From contig OZ024743.1 of NCBI GenBank assembly GCA_964016885.1, positions 229,524,001-229,588,000 of the forward strand: DNA of 64,000 nt. Direction: 5' to 3'. Source of the DNA: Eledone cirrhosa. Taxonomy: Eukaryota. How positions within the stretch are numbered: the stretch's first letter is position 1; each line of letters starts with the position of its first letter. Under the pieces are notes generated by a model. That model was not told the DNA's origin. It saw only the letters and a program-made list of their open reading frames with translations, and made no database searches. This document shows positions 25,427-36,000 of this stretch, piece after piece. The position numbers and the translations under genes are program-made.

Positions 25427-26307
25427 ACCCAGAGCGAGCTAACAATCCTGATGTTGACAAAACTTTAACCCATCAGTGGTTGGCATCCTCTGGACTGAAA
25501 TCGGAGACTGAATGACTGATTATATCGGCACAAGATCAGTGTCTGCCAACAAAAAATTACCAAGCCAACATAATAAAAAATGGGTGCAGCCCATTATACC
25601 ATGTATGCAAAAAACAACCAGAGACCATTGACCATATAATTTCAATGTGCAGTCCTATAGCTCCAACCGAATACCTAAACAGGCATGACAGAGCTGCACA
25701 ATACATACATTGGATAATGTGTAAGCATTTTGACCTGCCCCATCAAAAGAATTGGTGGGAGCATCAACCACCTCCCATATTTGAAAAAGATCACATCTCA
25801 ATCTTGTGGAACTTTAGCATCCAAATAGACCGAAAAATAGATGCAAACAGACCTGATATAATATTGAAAGACTTTAAAAAGAGGGTATGCCTGCTAATTG
25901 ATATGTCTGTTCCAATAGACAAGAATGTATCTATAAAAACATTTGAAAAATTGAGCACGTATAAGGACCTGGAGATAGAAATTGGAAAAATGTGGAAATT
26001 GAGAACTAAAACAATACCAGTGGTTGTAGGCGCTCTGGGAATGATACCTAAGGGGGCTAATGATTACTTATCGCAAATCCCAGGAAACCCGCGTATAGGA
26101 GAAATACAAAAGATAGTACTAATGGGAACTGCCCATATACTAAGGAAGATTCTGTCAATATAAGTACATCACAAGTCTAAACACTAAAGATGCATGTGTG
26201 AATATGTATGTTCTTTCTTGAACATGGCGGACCTTGTTGTCTCTTGAGGTCACTGGTTGTGACTTGGTGATAACTCGTATGAACATAAAGCAAGATAAAT
26301 GCAACTG
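25427..26307 (+). mobile_element. R4/Dong-like REL element 3' fragment 3
   Basis: GLKSETE..AQDQ..ETIDHIISMC..YLNRHD..RPDIIL..LIDMSVP..KLSTYKDL..IPVVVGALG, (TAA)n tail. Confidence 0.9.
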
Positions 26308-26335
26308 TAATAATAATAATAATAATAATAATAAT

Positions 26336-27071
26336 ATAAACCCAAAGTGCCGATTCTGCAATGCTGGGGTTGAAACAGTGGATCACTTAGTCTCTGGATG
26401 TAATGTTTTAGCACAAATATAGACATGACAGAGTTGGCCAGTATCTACACTGGGTAATATGTCGGCATTACAAAATCAAAGCTGAAGACAAGTGGTACAG
26501 TCATCACTCTGAGGCTGTAACTGAAGGAGAAAAAGTAACAATTCTCTGGGACTTTCCTGTACATACTGACAGGACCATAAAAGCAAATAGACCTGACATC
26601 ATTGTAAAAGATCAACATAACAAGGTCTGTTTATTGATAGATATGAGCATCCCATGTGATCACAATATCGCGGCAATAAAACTGGACAACCTACGAAAAT
26701 ATAAAGATCTGCTTATTGAAATTGAGAAAATGTGGCACCTCAAGGCCGTTACAATACCAGTAATTGTGGGAGGACTGGGAATGACCAAGAAAGGAACAGA
26801 ACAATATTTGCGAATGATTCCTGGTTTACCCTCTCTGCACGAGGTGCAACAAATTGTTTTGACTGGTACTGTACACGTATTAAGAAGAGCACTATCTCTG
26901 TAAGATTGATATCCCTCCTTGTATTTACATATATGCATATGTGTATATATATGTATACTGTTTTTTTAAAATTATAATCAATGTGCTGTATTAACTGGCT
27001 TACCAATGCACACTGAATTTATTTGCCCTAGCTGTCAGGAAGACACTCGGCATATATCTCAGAATAAAAAC
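26336..27071 (+). mobile_element. R4/Dong-like REL element 3' fragment 4
   Basis: PKCRFC..ETVDHLVSGC..RHD..WDF..RPDIIVK..IDMSIP..KYKDL. 3'UTR shared with fragment 1, (AAT)n tail. Confidence 0.9.
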
Positions 27072-27083
27072 AATAATAATAAT

Positions 27084-27803
27084 ACTAGCTACAGAAGGAA
27101 TGCTAATGGCTACGCAAGAGCAAGCCCTCAGAACGAAGTGGGTGAAACACCATATTGACAATGAGGAGGCTAGCTCACTGTGTAGGATCTGTGGAGAGAG
27201 AGGAGATTGTGGCTCACATTGTATCCGACTCACTATAAAGGCTGGAGACATGATATGATAGGCAGGGTGATCCACTAGCATCTAAGCAAAGTAAAACAAT
27301 TTACCACATTCTGAGAAGTGGTATAAGCATAAGCCAGAGTCAGTGATAGAAAACGATCAGGTGAAGGTGCTATGGGATTGTAGGATACAGACGGACAAGA
27401 AATTAGAACACAATAGGCCTAGTGGTTTTGGAGAAGGAAAAAAGATCGTGCCTGATTGTAGATGTAGCCTGCCCATTTGACACGAGAGTGCAAGAAAAGG
27501 AGAGGGAGAAAATTAACCGATACCAGGATTTAAAGTGGGAGTTACAAAGGATTTGGAACTGCCATGAAATCAAGGTCGTCCCGATTGTCATAGGCGCACT
27601 AGGTACTATCTCAAAGAGTTTCCAAGGATGGTTAAAGAAGATTAGACCAGCCCTGCTTTTTCGAACACTTCAAAAGGCATGCTTGCTGGGAACAGCAAGA
27701 ACTTTTCGATACGTCCTGAATATCTGAGGCTGCAAATAGCGGCTTGATGTTATTTCAACAAACTTTCCAGTTAAATAACATCAATGACTGACACTCAAAG
27801 AAC
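27084..27803 (+). mobile_element. R4/Dong-like REL element 3' fragment 5
   Basis: Collinear with fragment 2 including the 3'UTR ending CTCAAAGAAC(AAT)n. Confidence 0.9.
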
Positions 27804-27833
27804 AATAATAATAATAATAATTATTATTATTAT

Positions 27834-28024
27834 TTCTGATTTAGGCACAAGGCCAACAATTATAACGAACCAGTGTGTTACTGGTACTTTATTCTTTCCA
27901 TCCCGCAAGGATAAAAGGCAAAGGTAACCTCGGTGGGATTTGAACTCTGAATGTAAAGCACCGTAACTCTATGCTACACTGCATGTTGTCCGGCGTACTA
28001 CAGATACTGCTAATCCACCGCCCT
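27834..28024 (-). mobile_element. tRNA-derived SINE, near full length
   Basis: GGCGGTGGATTAGCAG head, B-box GAGTTCAAATCCC, central domain, GGCCTTGTGCCTAAATCAGAAA tail. Confidence 0.82.
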
Positions 28025-28025
28025 G

Positions 28026-28059
<34 letters not shown>

Positions 28060-28320
28060 TTTCTTTATTAACCACAAGGGTTTACATAAAGTAGACATTA
28101 AGGACAGTGCAGGACAATGCAGGACGGTACAAATGGGCATTTCTGCGTGTAAAAAAAACAAAAATAGAGGATGTAACAAAAATAACAATGAAAATAACAA
28201 TGAAAAATTCCCCAATAGGGGGGAGACTTCGGAGGGACATTTGTGGAGAAAGCCCAGTAAAAAGCCACAATGACCCTGACCACCAAGGCAAGTGCCCTCT
28301 CCCAGTTTTCCACCTTTAGT

Positions 28321-31300
28321 TTACAGATATATACTCAGAGTCGGCCCATTCACTCGGGCCATTCTTGCTTCTCTCACCCATCTTTCAACAAAATGCTGGG
28401 AAGAGAGCACTTCCTTCTCTACTCTGATTTTCCTTTTCAAATGAAATTTGAAAAAGTCAATCAGAGCATCACCGAAGAGGTAAGTGCTCGTCTTCAGCCC
28501 TTTCAAACGTGTCCACCATACTATCTCTTTCGCCATGGCCACCAGACAGATAAAAACTGCCTGCCCTTCCCGGCTAAAGGAGGAGGGCGGGGCAATCCTC
28601 ACGATAGACTCAGATGATAGCTGGATCCGTCCTAAACGCGACAGCAGGTGTTCGACATAAACCCACAAGTCAGCAATTTTCGGACACTGGACGAGTGCGT
28701 GCAGGACGGTTTCGTCGCCCTGCGCGCATCTCGGACATGCCCGGCTGACGGCACCTCCATGCCTGTAGAGTTTATCCCGAACTGGCAAGGCTCCTCGGTA
28801 GCACTGCCAGGCCAGAGATTTCTGGAAGTTGTCCATAGGCCCCGGCCCGAAGGTTCTTCCGAAGAGATTGGCTAGTTGATTTTCGTCGACGCCTAGAGTT
28901 TCCCCAAGTACGTCGTCGCTCTTCCCCTCCACTAATCCTCTATAGAACGCCGAGGTGGAGTTTCCACCGATCACATTGCCCGATTGGTCGAGGGCTGTGA
29001 GCGCCTGAAGACATTCCAGTCTCCAGGCGCTCCCTCTCGGTCTTCGCTTGACCCAGGACTGCAGCTCCGTCAAGGAAACGAGCTGGGGAAAAACGCGTCT
29101 AGCAAACGGCGACCACACCTGATCACCGTCGAGGAAGAGGTGGAGATGTCGTAGCCTGAGCGCGTGCCTGCGCATCATCAGCCACGGCATGCCCAGCCCT
29201 CCACGTAGCGGGTGTTGACAACAGATGGACCGCCTGACCATCGGAGCACGTCCCTTCCACAAAAAGCGAAAGAGCAAACGCTCCAGCGCAGTCAGGCGAG
29301 GCTTAGGACAAGGTACGACGGTTAGGCGGTAGCAGATGACAGACGCGATGTACGCGTTAGCCACCTCCGCTCGACCTTTCAGGGATAGCTTCCTCTCCGC
29401 CCATTTCTGGGTGAGAGAAGCCACCCTGCTCGTCACCTCGTCCCAGTTTTTGTCCGTCTGGAGGTCCGGACCGAACCAGACCCCTAGCAATTTAACCGGT
29501 CCGTCCGTCCAGCGCCCGACGACGCTGTTGGACGGCATGGACCTGCCTCTCCAGGTGCCGAGCTGCAGGCCCACTGACTTTTCCTGGTTGATCATTGCTC
29601 CTGTCACCGCTTCGTATTCTCTTAGTGTAGTGCCGATCGCCTCGATGTGTTTGGCGTTCGACACCACTACGGTGACATCGTCCGCATATGCTGACACGGA
29701 TCTTCCGCATCCTAGTTCGCGCGGGACTCCCCTCAACGTCTCCAGTTTGTGCAGTAATGGCTCGAGAGTCAATACGTACAAGAGGGACGAGAGGGGACAT
29801 CCTTGGCGGACCGAGCGCATGATGTTGAACGGTTCCGACAGGTGACCGTTCACTCTCACTACAGAGCAGATGTCGCTGTGCATGGCAGCGATCCAGCCTC
29901 TGAAGACGGGCCCAAAGCCAGCCGCCCTCAGGACTGCCGCTAGGTAACGATGGTCGACCCTATCGAAAGCTTTCGACTGATCTAAATTGATCAAGGACCC
30001 ACCCGTGCCAGGTTCCCTAGCTACCCTCTCTACGATGTATCGCATGAGGTGGAGGTTGTCGTGGATGGATCTGTCGGGAATGGCGCATGTCTGCGCCTCT
30101 CCCACCAGACCACCAACGACAAGCGCCAACCTCTTTGCTAGCACCTTGGCCAAAATCTTAAACTCTGTGTTTAGCAGAGTTATGGGCCGGAAATTGTCTA
30201 TGTTATCCCCCTTGTTCGGATCCTTTCTCAGCAGTGCCACCGCTCCTCGGCTCACAGAACTGGGAATTCTCCCGTTCTGTTGCCAGTTGCAGTAGACGTC
30301 CGCCAAGAGGCCTCCGAACAAGTCTGGCATCTGTACGTAAAGTTCATAGGGCAGACCATCCAAACCAGGCGATTTACCCCTTCTGCAGCCAGTCATTGCC
30401 TCCCTTACTTCAGCGGCTGTTATCGGCTTTTCGCAACACTTCGCCTCAGTGGCCGAGAGCCGCGGCAGTCCGTCGAGGTAGACACTAAAGTCCATCCCTC
30501 TACCCGGCCCCCCGCTGCCCCCGAACAGCTGAGCGAAGTGTCGCTGAAAAGCTTCACACATTTGCCCGGGATCGAGTAGCATGCGCCCGTCGTGGTCCAC
30601 CAAAGACCGGATCGTGGCTTTGTTGCCACGACGCGCCTCCGCCACTCGGGCCCATTGAACGGCTTTCGTCCCCTCGTGTCTGAGAGCACGCACCCTAGCT
30701 CTGACAACGCAGCCTTCGTGCTTTGCATTGAAGAATTGGTCAAGGGCCAATTTCGCCGCAAGCACGTCGGTCGCAATGCCTTTGCTAAGCGCCTCGTCTA
30801 ATTTTCTAACTAGTTCTCCCTCTGCTCTATTTTTCTCTATTGCTAAAGCCTTACTAAACCTAATCGATTCTATTCTAATCGCTCTTTTCAGAGCAAACCA
30901 CCACTTGTTGTTGACGATGGCCCCCGTCAACGCCCTCTTAACTAGTTCGCTAATCCGGTCTCTGTAGGCCTTGCGCGCTGGTAAGGACGCGTTTAGCTTC
31001 CAGTAGCCGGGTCCTCGTCTATGAAGCCTATCTAAGTCAAGCACACAGATCACGAATTTGTGGTCCGTGTAGCTGACTATCTTGAATTGTGGACAGCCTA
31101 TGCTAGACCTATCTATTTCCCTACAAAATACTCTATCTAGATATGATCTGGATGACCCTATGCGGTTTGTCCAAGTCCACATTGGCACATTCGGGAAATC
31201 CAATCGGTACCTGTCAGACAGTTCAAAACGCCTGAGCAGGTTGGTGAGGCTGTTGCACCCTCCACCCCTATCCGCTAATCCCACACAGTCCCAGCGTGCA

Positions 31301-31740
31301 TCTAAGATCCCGTTCCAGTCGCCCACTAACACTAAAGAGCGGGACGTTCCAAGAAAGGTCTCCAGACGCCGGAAGAAATCAGGCCGCCCTGCTCCTGTCG
31401 GGGCATAGACGGCCACTAGCCTGAAAGCTTGCCCGTCTCCGCTGGTCACGTCCAGCACCACCAGCTTACCCTCTGGGTCCAGGAAGATGGCCCGTATGGC
31501 GAGATCCAAACCTCTCCGAAAAAGCACAGCAACTCCTCCACCCGATCCAGGACGGCTGGGAGATGCGTACACATCGTAGCCGCCGAAGATCGGTGCGAAG
31601 GCCCGTGCTTCGGAGATTCTGGTCTCGCTGATGGCCACTACATCTATGTTTAGTGACCTGAGGTCGTTGAGCAGGTGACCCTGCTTCCATGACGACCCCA
31701 AGCCACGCGCATTTATGCTGCCTATTCTGAGTGAGGTCAT
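28321..31740 (-). CDS. LINE ORF2: APE endonuclease + reverse transcriptase + zinc finger (1139 aa)
   Basis: GSINARGL, ISET, YAP, GDWN, LDR..TDH, PGLDG, LDQSKAFDRVDH, RQGCPLS, YADD, CPRC..HALVQC. Confidence 0.97.
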   Translation of the reverse strand: MTSLRIGSINARGLGSSWKQGHLLNDLRSLNIDVVAISETRISEARAFAPIFGGYDVYASPSRPGSGGGVAVLFRRGLDLAIRAIFLDPEGKLVVLDVTSGDGQAFRLVAVYAPTGAGRPDFFRRLETFLGTSRSLVLVGDWNGILDARWDCVGLADRGGGCNSLTNLLRRFELSDRYRLDFPNVPMWTWTNRIGSSRSYLDRVFCREIDRSSIGCPQFKIVSYTDHKFVICVLDLDRLHRRGPGYWKLNASLPARKAYRDRISELVKRALTGAIVNNKWWFALKRAIRIESIRFSKALAIEKNRAEGELVRKLDEALSKGIATDVLAAKLALDQFFNAKHEGCVVRARVRALRHEGTKAVQWARVAEARRGNKATIRSLVDHDGRMLLDPGQMCEAFQRHFAQLFGGSGGPGRGMDFSVYLDGLPRLSATEAKCCEKPITAAEVREAMTGCRRGKSPGLDGLPYELYVQMPDLFGGLLADVYCNWQQNGRIPSSVSRGAVALLRKDPNKGDNIDNFRPITLLNTEFKILAKVLAKRLALVVGGLVGEAQTCAIPDRSIHDNLHLMRYIVERVAREPGTGGSLINLDQSKAFDRVDHRYLAAVLRAAGFGPVFRGWIAAMHSDICSVVRVNGHLSEPFNIMRSVRQGCPLSSLLYVLTLEPLLHKLETLRGVPRELGCGRSVSAYADDVTVVVSNAKHIEAIGTTLREYEAVTGAMINQEKSVGLQLGTWRGRSMPSNSVVGRWTDGPVKLLGVWFGPDLQTDKNWDEVTSRVASLTQKWAERKLSLKGRAEVANAYIASVICYRLTVVPCPKPRLTALERLLFRFLWKGRAPMVRRSICCQHPLRGGLGMPWLMMRRHALRLRHLHLFLDGDQVWSPFARRVFPQLVSLTELQSWVKRRPRGSAWRLECLQALTALDQSGNVIGGNSTSAFYRGLVEGKSDDVLGETLGVDENQLANLFGRTFGPGPMDNFQKSLAWQCYRGALPVRDKLYRHGGAVSRACPRCAQGDETVLHALVQCPKIADLWVYVEHLLSRLGRIQLSSESIVRIAPPSSFSREGQAVFICLVAMAKEIVWWTRLKGLKTSTYLFGDALIDFFKFHLKRKIRVEKEVLSSQHFVERWVREARMARVNGPTLSIYL

Positions 31741-31775
31741 GTTTAAAATAGAGTGGAAAAGATGGGAAAGACCAC

Positions 31776-33875
31776 TTACCGTACTTTTGGTAGAGGAGGG
31801 ATGGTTTTTACATCCCTTTTCACTTGATCGTCTGGTGAAGGGACCGTTGAATCGTCCCTTCGGCTGGTCGTCGGCTCTTCTAAGAGAATGTCTGAATATA
31901 CTCTTCGATTAATGGTTCCTCCTAGGTCCCTGAAATCACCAACTGCGTTGGGGAATTTCGTTTTAATGTTTGTGTATTGTTTCTGTGCTATTTTTAGCAG
32001 TCTTATGTTAGTTGGCGTTTTGATTGGTGCTGGTATTATGTAGTCCTGTTGTGAAATGTCTGTGTGTTCAATTATGTAAGTCATTAGTTTCTTGTTGTGT
32101 GTATTTATTGCCGTGCATTTGTTTTTCTGGGGGTGGGGTGTGGTTCTGCTATTTTCTTGTCGTTGTTGCTGGGTGTGTGTGTTTTGTTGTTGTGTTTGCG
32201 ATGTTGGTGCTTGTGGTGGTGGTGTTGAAGGTGTTGTTGGCGGTGGGGTTGTCGCCGGTGGTGATGGTGGCGCTAGTGTGGGTGGTGATGGTGTTGGTGT
32301 TGTTGCTGCTGTGGGTCTCTTTGCAGTAGACTTTACCCTTTTCTCATTTCTTTCCTCCCTTTTCAAAGGCGACGATGCGCTGCTTCTGCGTTTGTGCCTT
32401 CTTACGACCTTTTGCCATCTCTCTCCCACCTCACACTCCATGTCTGATTCTGTGAGGTCGGGGAGGGGTACCAACTCCACTCTTTCACTTGTTGTTGTTG
32501 GTGATGTTTGCACTGGAGTCTCTGTTGCAGCTGCATTTGGTATTGCTGTTGTTGTTGTTAGTATTTCCACTGCTGCTGCTGTTTTTGATTTCCGTGGAGT
32601 GGGTATGGGTGCCACGGGCCTATCGTTCCTGGTTGCCGCTTGTCCTGTTGCTGGTAGCCGTGGAGCCGGATTCGGAAGGAGGGGGGTTTTCTCCTTTCTC
32701 AGGGTCTTCTCGTTGCAGAAGGCCCTGAGGTGAGTCTTCGATCCACAGCGAAAGCATTTCGGGCGTTTGCCCTCAACACTTATGGGCAGTTGAGTGCCGT
32801 TATCGAAGTCTATCACATCCGGGATAGCTTCGATGCACTCCTGGTTGGTTTGGATTAGCATCTCAATGGAGGAGCCGACCCAATCTTCTCTTACTTTTTT
32901 CTGTACTTGCAGTACAGTTGTTTTGTCCTCGATTCCGACGAGGACAGACGCGGCCAGCCAAGAAGGGGTCATTCCGGGGGGGACGTGGGTCAGTTTGACC
33001 CTCACAATTTTTTGCCCGCAGTAGGAGGGCACCAACACCATTTCCTCGCTCCTTAGGGTCACTACTGATTGGGCCTTTGCCTCCTGGGGTGTGGCAAAAA
33101 GTACGTCTACGGTGGCGTATTTTTTGCCTCGGGTGATGTGCGTTTTCCTCTGCCACACAGACCCCAAAGCTTTTTGTATTTGGGCCTCTGTGGCTCTTTC
33201 CACCCTACGGGATTTTGTACTTACTGTACGGTACGTGACCGTACAGTGCTCTTGGGTTTCGAAAAAATTTTTCGCTGCCTTGCAGATTGCTCGGTGTCCG
33301 TTCTTTGTCACCATCTTCTTCGCTTCCTCTAATTCCTCATTTGTTATGAGGATTGTTTCCAGGTTTTTCGCAATACCTGCAAATGAGATTGGTTTTTCTC
33401 TGCTGTTGTTGTTGTCGTCAGAGCTGCTGGTACTTTTGTTGTTGCTGCAGGTACTACGACTACTGCCTCCGCCGCTGTTGCTGTGGTTGTTGTTGGTGTT
33501 GCTGCTGCTAATGCTGTTGTTGTTTATGCTGCTGGTGATGCTGTTGCGGCTGCTACTGTTGTTTTCATTGTCACTGTTGCTGTTGTTATTACGGCTGCTA
33601 CTGCTATTATTCCTGACGTCAGACGAATGAACTGGGTTTTCGTATTTCCCGCACACCTGTTTCGTCGCTGTCGTCGTCGTCGTGGAGAAACCTTGCACGC
33701 TTTGCACGAGACTTTTCTTTTCTTTCGTCGCTTGCGAAAGAGAAGGTAGGGAGAGAGACACATTTAAAGAAGGGAGGGAGAGAGACAATCTTCTCTCTCC
33801 TGTAGTGATGATTGAGGAAGAAGAAGACGGAATGAGTGGGAGTGACGTATGAAATTTTTTTTTTTTGGTAGCCAT
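31776..33875 (-). CDS. LINE ORF1 with CCHC knuckle (first ATG at 33875, MATKKKK)
   Basis: CFRCGSKTHLRAFC, S/N tract, P/T tract. Same ATG context in copy A. Confidence 0.9.
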   Translation of the reverse strand: MATKKKKFHTSLPLIPSSSSSIITTGERRLSLSLPSLNVSLSLPSLSQATKEKKSLVQSVQGFSTTTTTATKQVCGKYENPVHSSDVRNNSSSSRNNNSNSDNENNSSSRNSITSSINNNSISSSNTNNNHSNSGGGSSRSTCSNNKSTSSSDDNNNSREKPISFAGIAKNLETILITNEELEEAKKMVTKNGHRAICKAAKNFFETQEHCTVTYRTVSTKSRRVERATEAQIQKALGSVWQRKTHITRGKKYATVDVLFATPQEAKAQSVVTLRSEEMVLVPSYCGQKIVRVKLTHVPPGMTPSWLAASVLVGIEDKTTVLQVQKKVREDWVGSSIEMLIQTNQECIEAIPDVIDFDNGTQLPISVEGKRPKCFRCGSKTHLRAFCNEKTLRKEKTPLLPNPAPRLPATGQAATRNDRPVAPIPTPRKSKTAAAVEILTTTTAIPNAAATETPVQTSPTTTSERVELVPLPDLTESDMECEVGERWQKVVRRHKRRSSASSPLKREERNEKRVKSTAKRPTAATTPTPSPPTLAPPSPPATTPPPTTPSTPPPQAPTSQTQQQNTHTQQQRQENSRTTPHPQKNKCTAINTHNKKLMTYIIEHTDISQQDYIIPAPIKTPTNIRLLKIAQKQYTNIKTKFPNAVGDFRDLGGTINRRVYSDILLEEPTTSRRDDSTVPSPDDQVKRDVKTIPPLPKVR

Positions 33876-34803
33876 GTTTTTTTGTTTAAAATGAAATTTT
33901 GGGTACAAAACCCCAATAACTGGCTATTTAACCCCGAAGGGCCAAATAACGGACAGAAAGACCCCTCTCACGAGGAGGAGGGTGTCTTTATCAACAATTT
34001 GGTTCAAGTTTTAAACAATTTACAATTGTTTTAACGGTTAAAAATTACTATACCTTACAGAGCCGAGCCTCCGTCAACCATGGCATTCAATAATAATAAT
34101 AATAATAATGATAATGATTATACATATATAGACATATACATATATAGTCATATACATTAATATATCCATCCATCCATATATGTATACATATGTACATACA
34201 TAAGTGCATGCGTGCATATATGCATGAATGCATACATAAATACATACATCCATGCAATAATAATTAATTGCAGTAACAAAGCTCCGGACATGTAACATAT
34301 AGACTGATCAACGCTGCAATGACCGTCGTCTTAGTGACCACAGCTATTGGCCGTCGCCATTTTAATTTTGTCGTTTATTGCATCAATGTCAAAAGGTGAC
34401 ATTTATTGTCCCAGTAAAACTAGGACCGGCTTGTTGCCACTGGCTTTAACCAACTTAATCGAATTATCTTTCGACGACCAAGTCGTCTGTCCAGTTCGCT
34501 ACGTATGATGTTGACCATCCGAATCATCTGGACCGTACGTATGTCCTATAAATTCATCAAAAACAAAGTAAACCGTGTAAGATCTCGTTCGTTCAGTATG
34601 ATTGCCAGGAATTAAGAAATTTACGTTATTTACTGTTATCGAACACATAAATTATCGATTAACTCCGTCCAATCTCATTTCTTTTAGATAATGTCCACCA
34701 TCATTTCACGCCCACACAGACACATACATACATGCATATGCACACAAAAATGCAAATTTATATGTATAAGTGTGTGTGTGTACACATATATAAATGTGTA
34801 TAC

Positions 34804-34866
<63 letters not shown>

Positions 34867-34916
34867 CACATTTATATATATATATACATACATATATATA
34901 TGTATATATACATATA

Positions 34917-34987
<71 letters not shown>

Positions 34988-35004
34988 ACATAAATATATA
35001 TATA

Positions 35005-36000
35005 TATGGCGAAACTCACTGGACACAGGCTATAGCTTTGAGCATATCCTGTTTCAGTCGGTCGTCCCAGTCTTCAAAAAGGGGAACATGTCTCTTGCAG
35101 TGAATTACTGGTCCAATCTCACTCACCTCTCATATCATCAAGGTATTTGTGAGAGTGGTGAGATCACGAATAACTCACTTTCTCGAAAGGAACAATCTAC
35201 TGAACTCCAACTAGCCTGGCTTCTTGGATGGCAGGGAGTGTCTGAGGCAACTTCTGCATCACGTTGATAACATCTTAAAATCAGTGTTGGGCTCACTTCT
35301 TTTCATTATCTACAAAATGAAATTACACACACCATCAAGAGAGTTAAGAATTTTCACAGATGATTCCTAGCTCTTGAAGGTCATCAACGGACATGCCTTC
35401 AACCGGATCTGCTCGCTGTTATGCAATGGGTGACAAAAAGCAATATGCTACCAGAAGAGGAGTAATTGTTAACAATAACCTAAGCTGCAATATTCACATA
35501 AACACCAAATTTGACATGGCCCGCAGGATGTGTTTCTGGATTCTCAGAACTTTCCGCTCTTGAGAAATTCACACTATCATCCTACTTTACTCTACATTTG
35601 CCTGGTCCCATCTTGAATACTGTTGTCCACTGTGGTCTTCTCACACGAAACACACAGTATTATGAATATTGAATCAACCCAGAAGTTAATAACAAAAAAG
35701 ATAGACTGTATGACAGGCCTTGATTATTGGAGTCGTCTAGAAAAAACTCCACCTATATTCTTTCCAATGCTGCCGTGAACGCTACGTCATATGGTGATGT
35801 GGAAGATATTCCATCAATATTGCCCAAATTATGTTGGAATCATTTAGAATCCACTGAAGGCTTGTCATCATGCTATCTGCCCACTACAAAAATCAAACTC
35901 GCATCTATTACTAACGATACTACAGAACTACTTCACCTCAACTAGCCCGGCGCTCTTTAATATGATACTGAAATACAGAAGTTCAATTGAATTCACTAGG
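35005..36000 (+). mobile_element. Decayed CR1/L2-type LINE RT fragment
   Basis: Broken motifs [29 protein letters not shown]. Many stops and deletions. Confidence 0.6.

Larger units (their letters stand above)
28058..34088 (-). mobile_element. Tx1-clade LINE copy C, full length with intact ORFs
   Basis: 5' GAATGCCATGG after (ATT)n, ORF1, ORF2, 3' AATAAAGAAATC(ATT)n. Confidence 0.95.

Noticed and set aside
27834-28024. tRNA gene
   Set aside because: Only A/B-box-like remnants without a cloverleaf, attached to a SINE body.
19261-33763. Overlapping and antisense ORFs within Tx1 copies
   Set aside because: Shadows of GC-rich coding sequence with no independent motifs.
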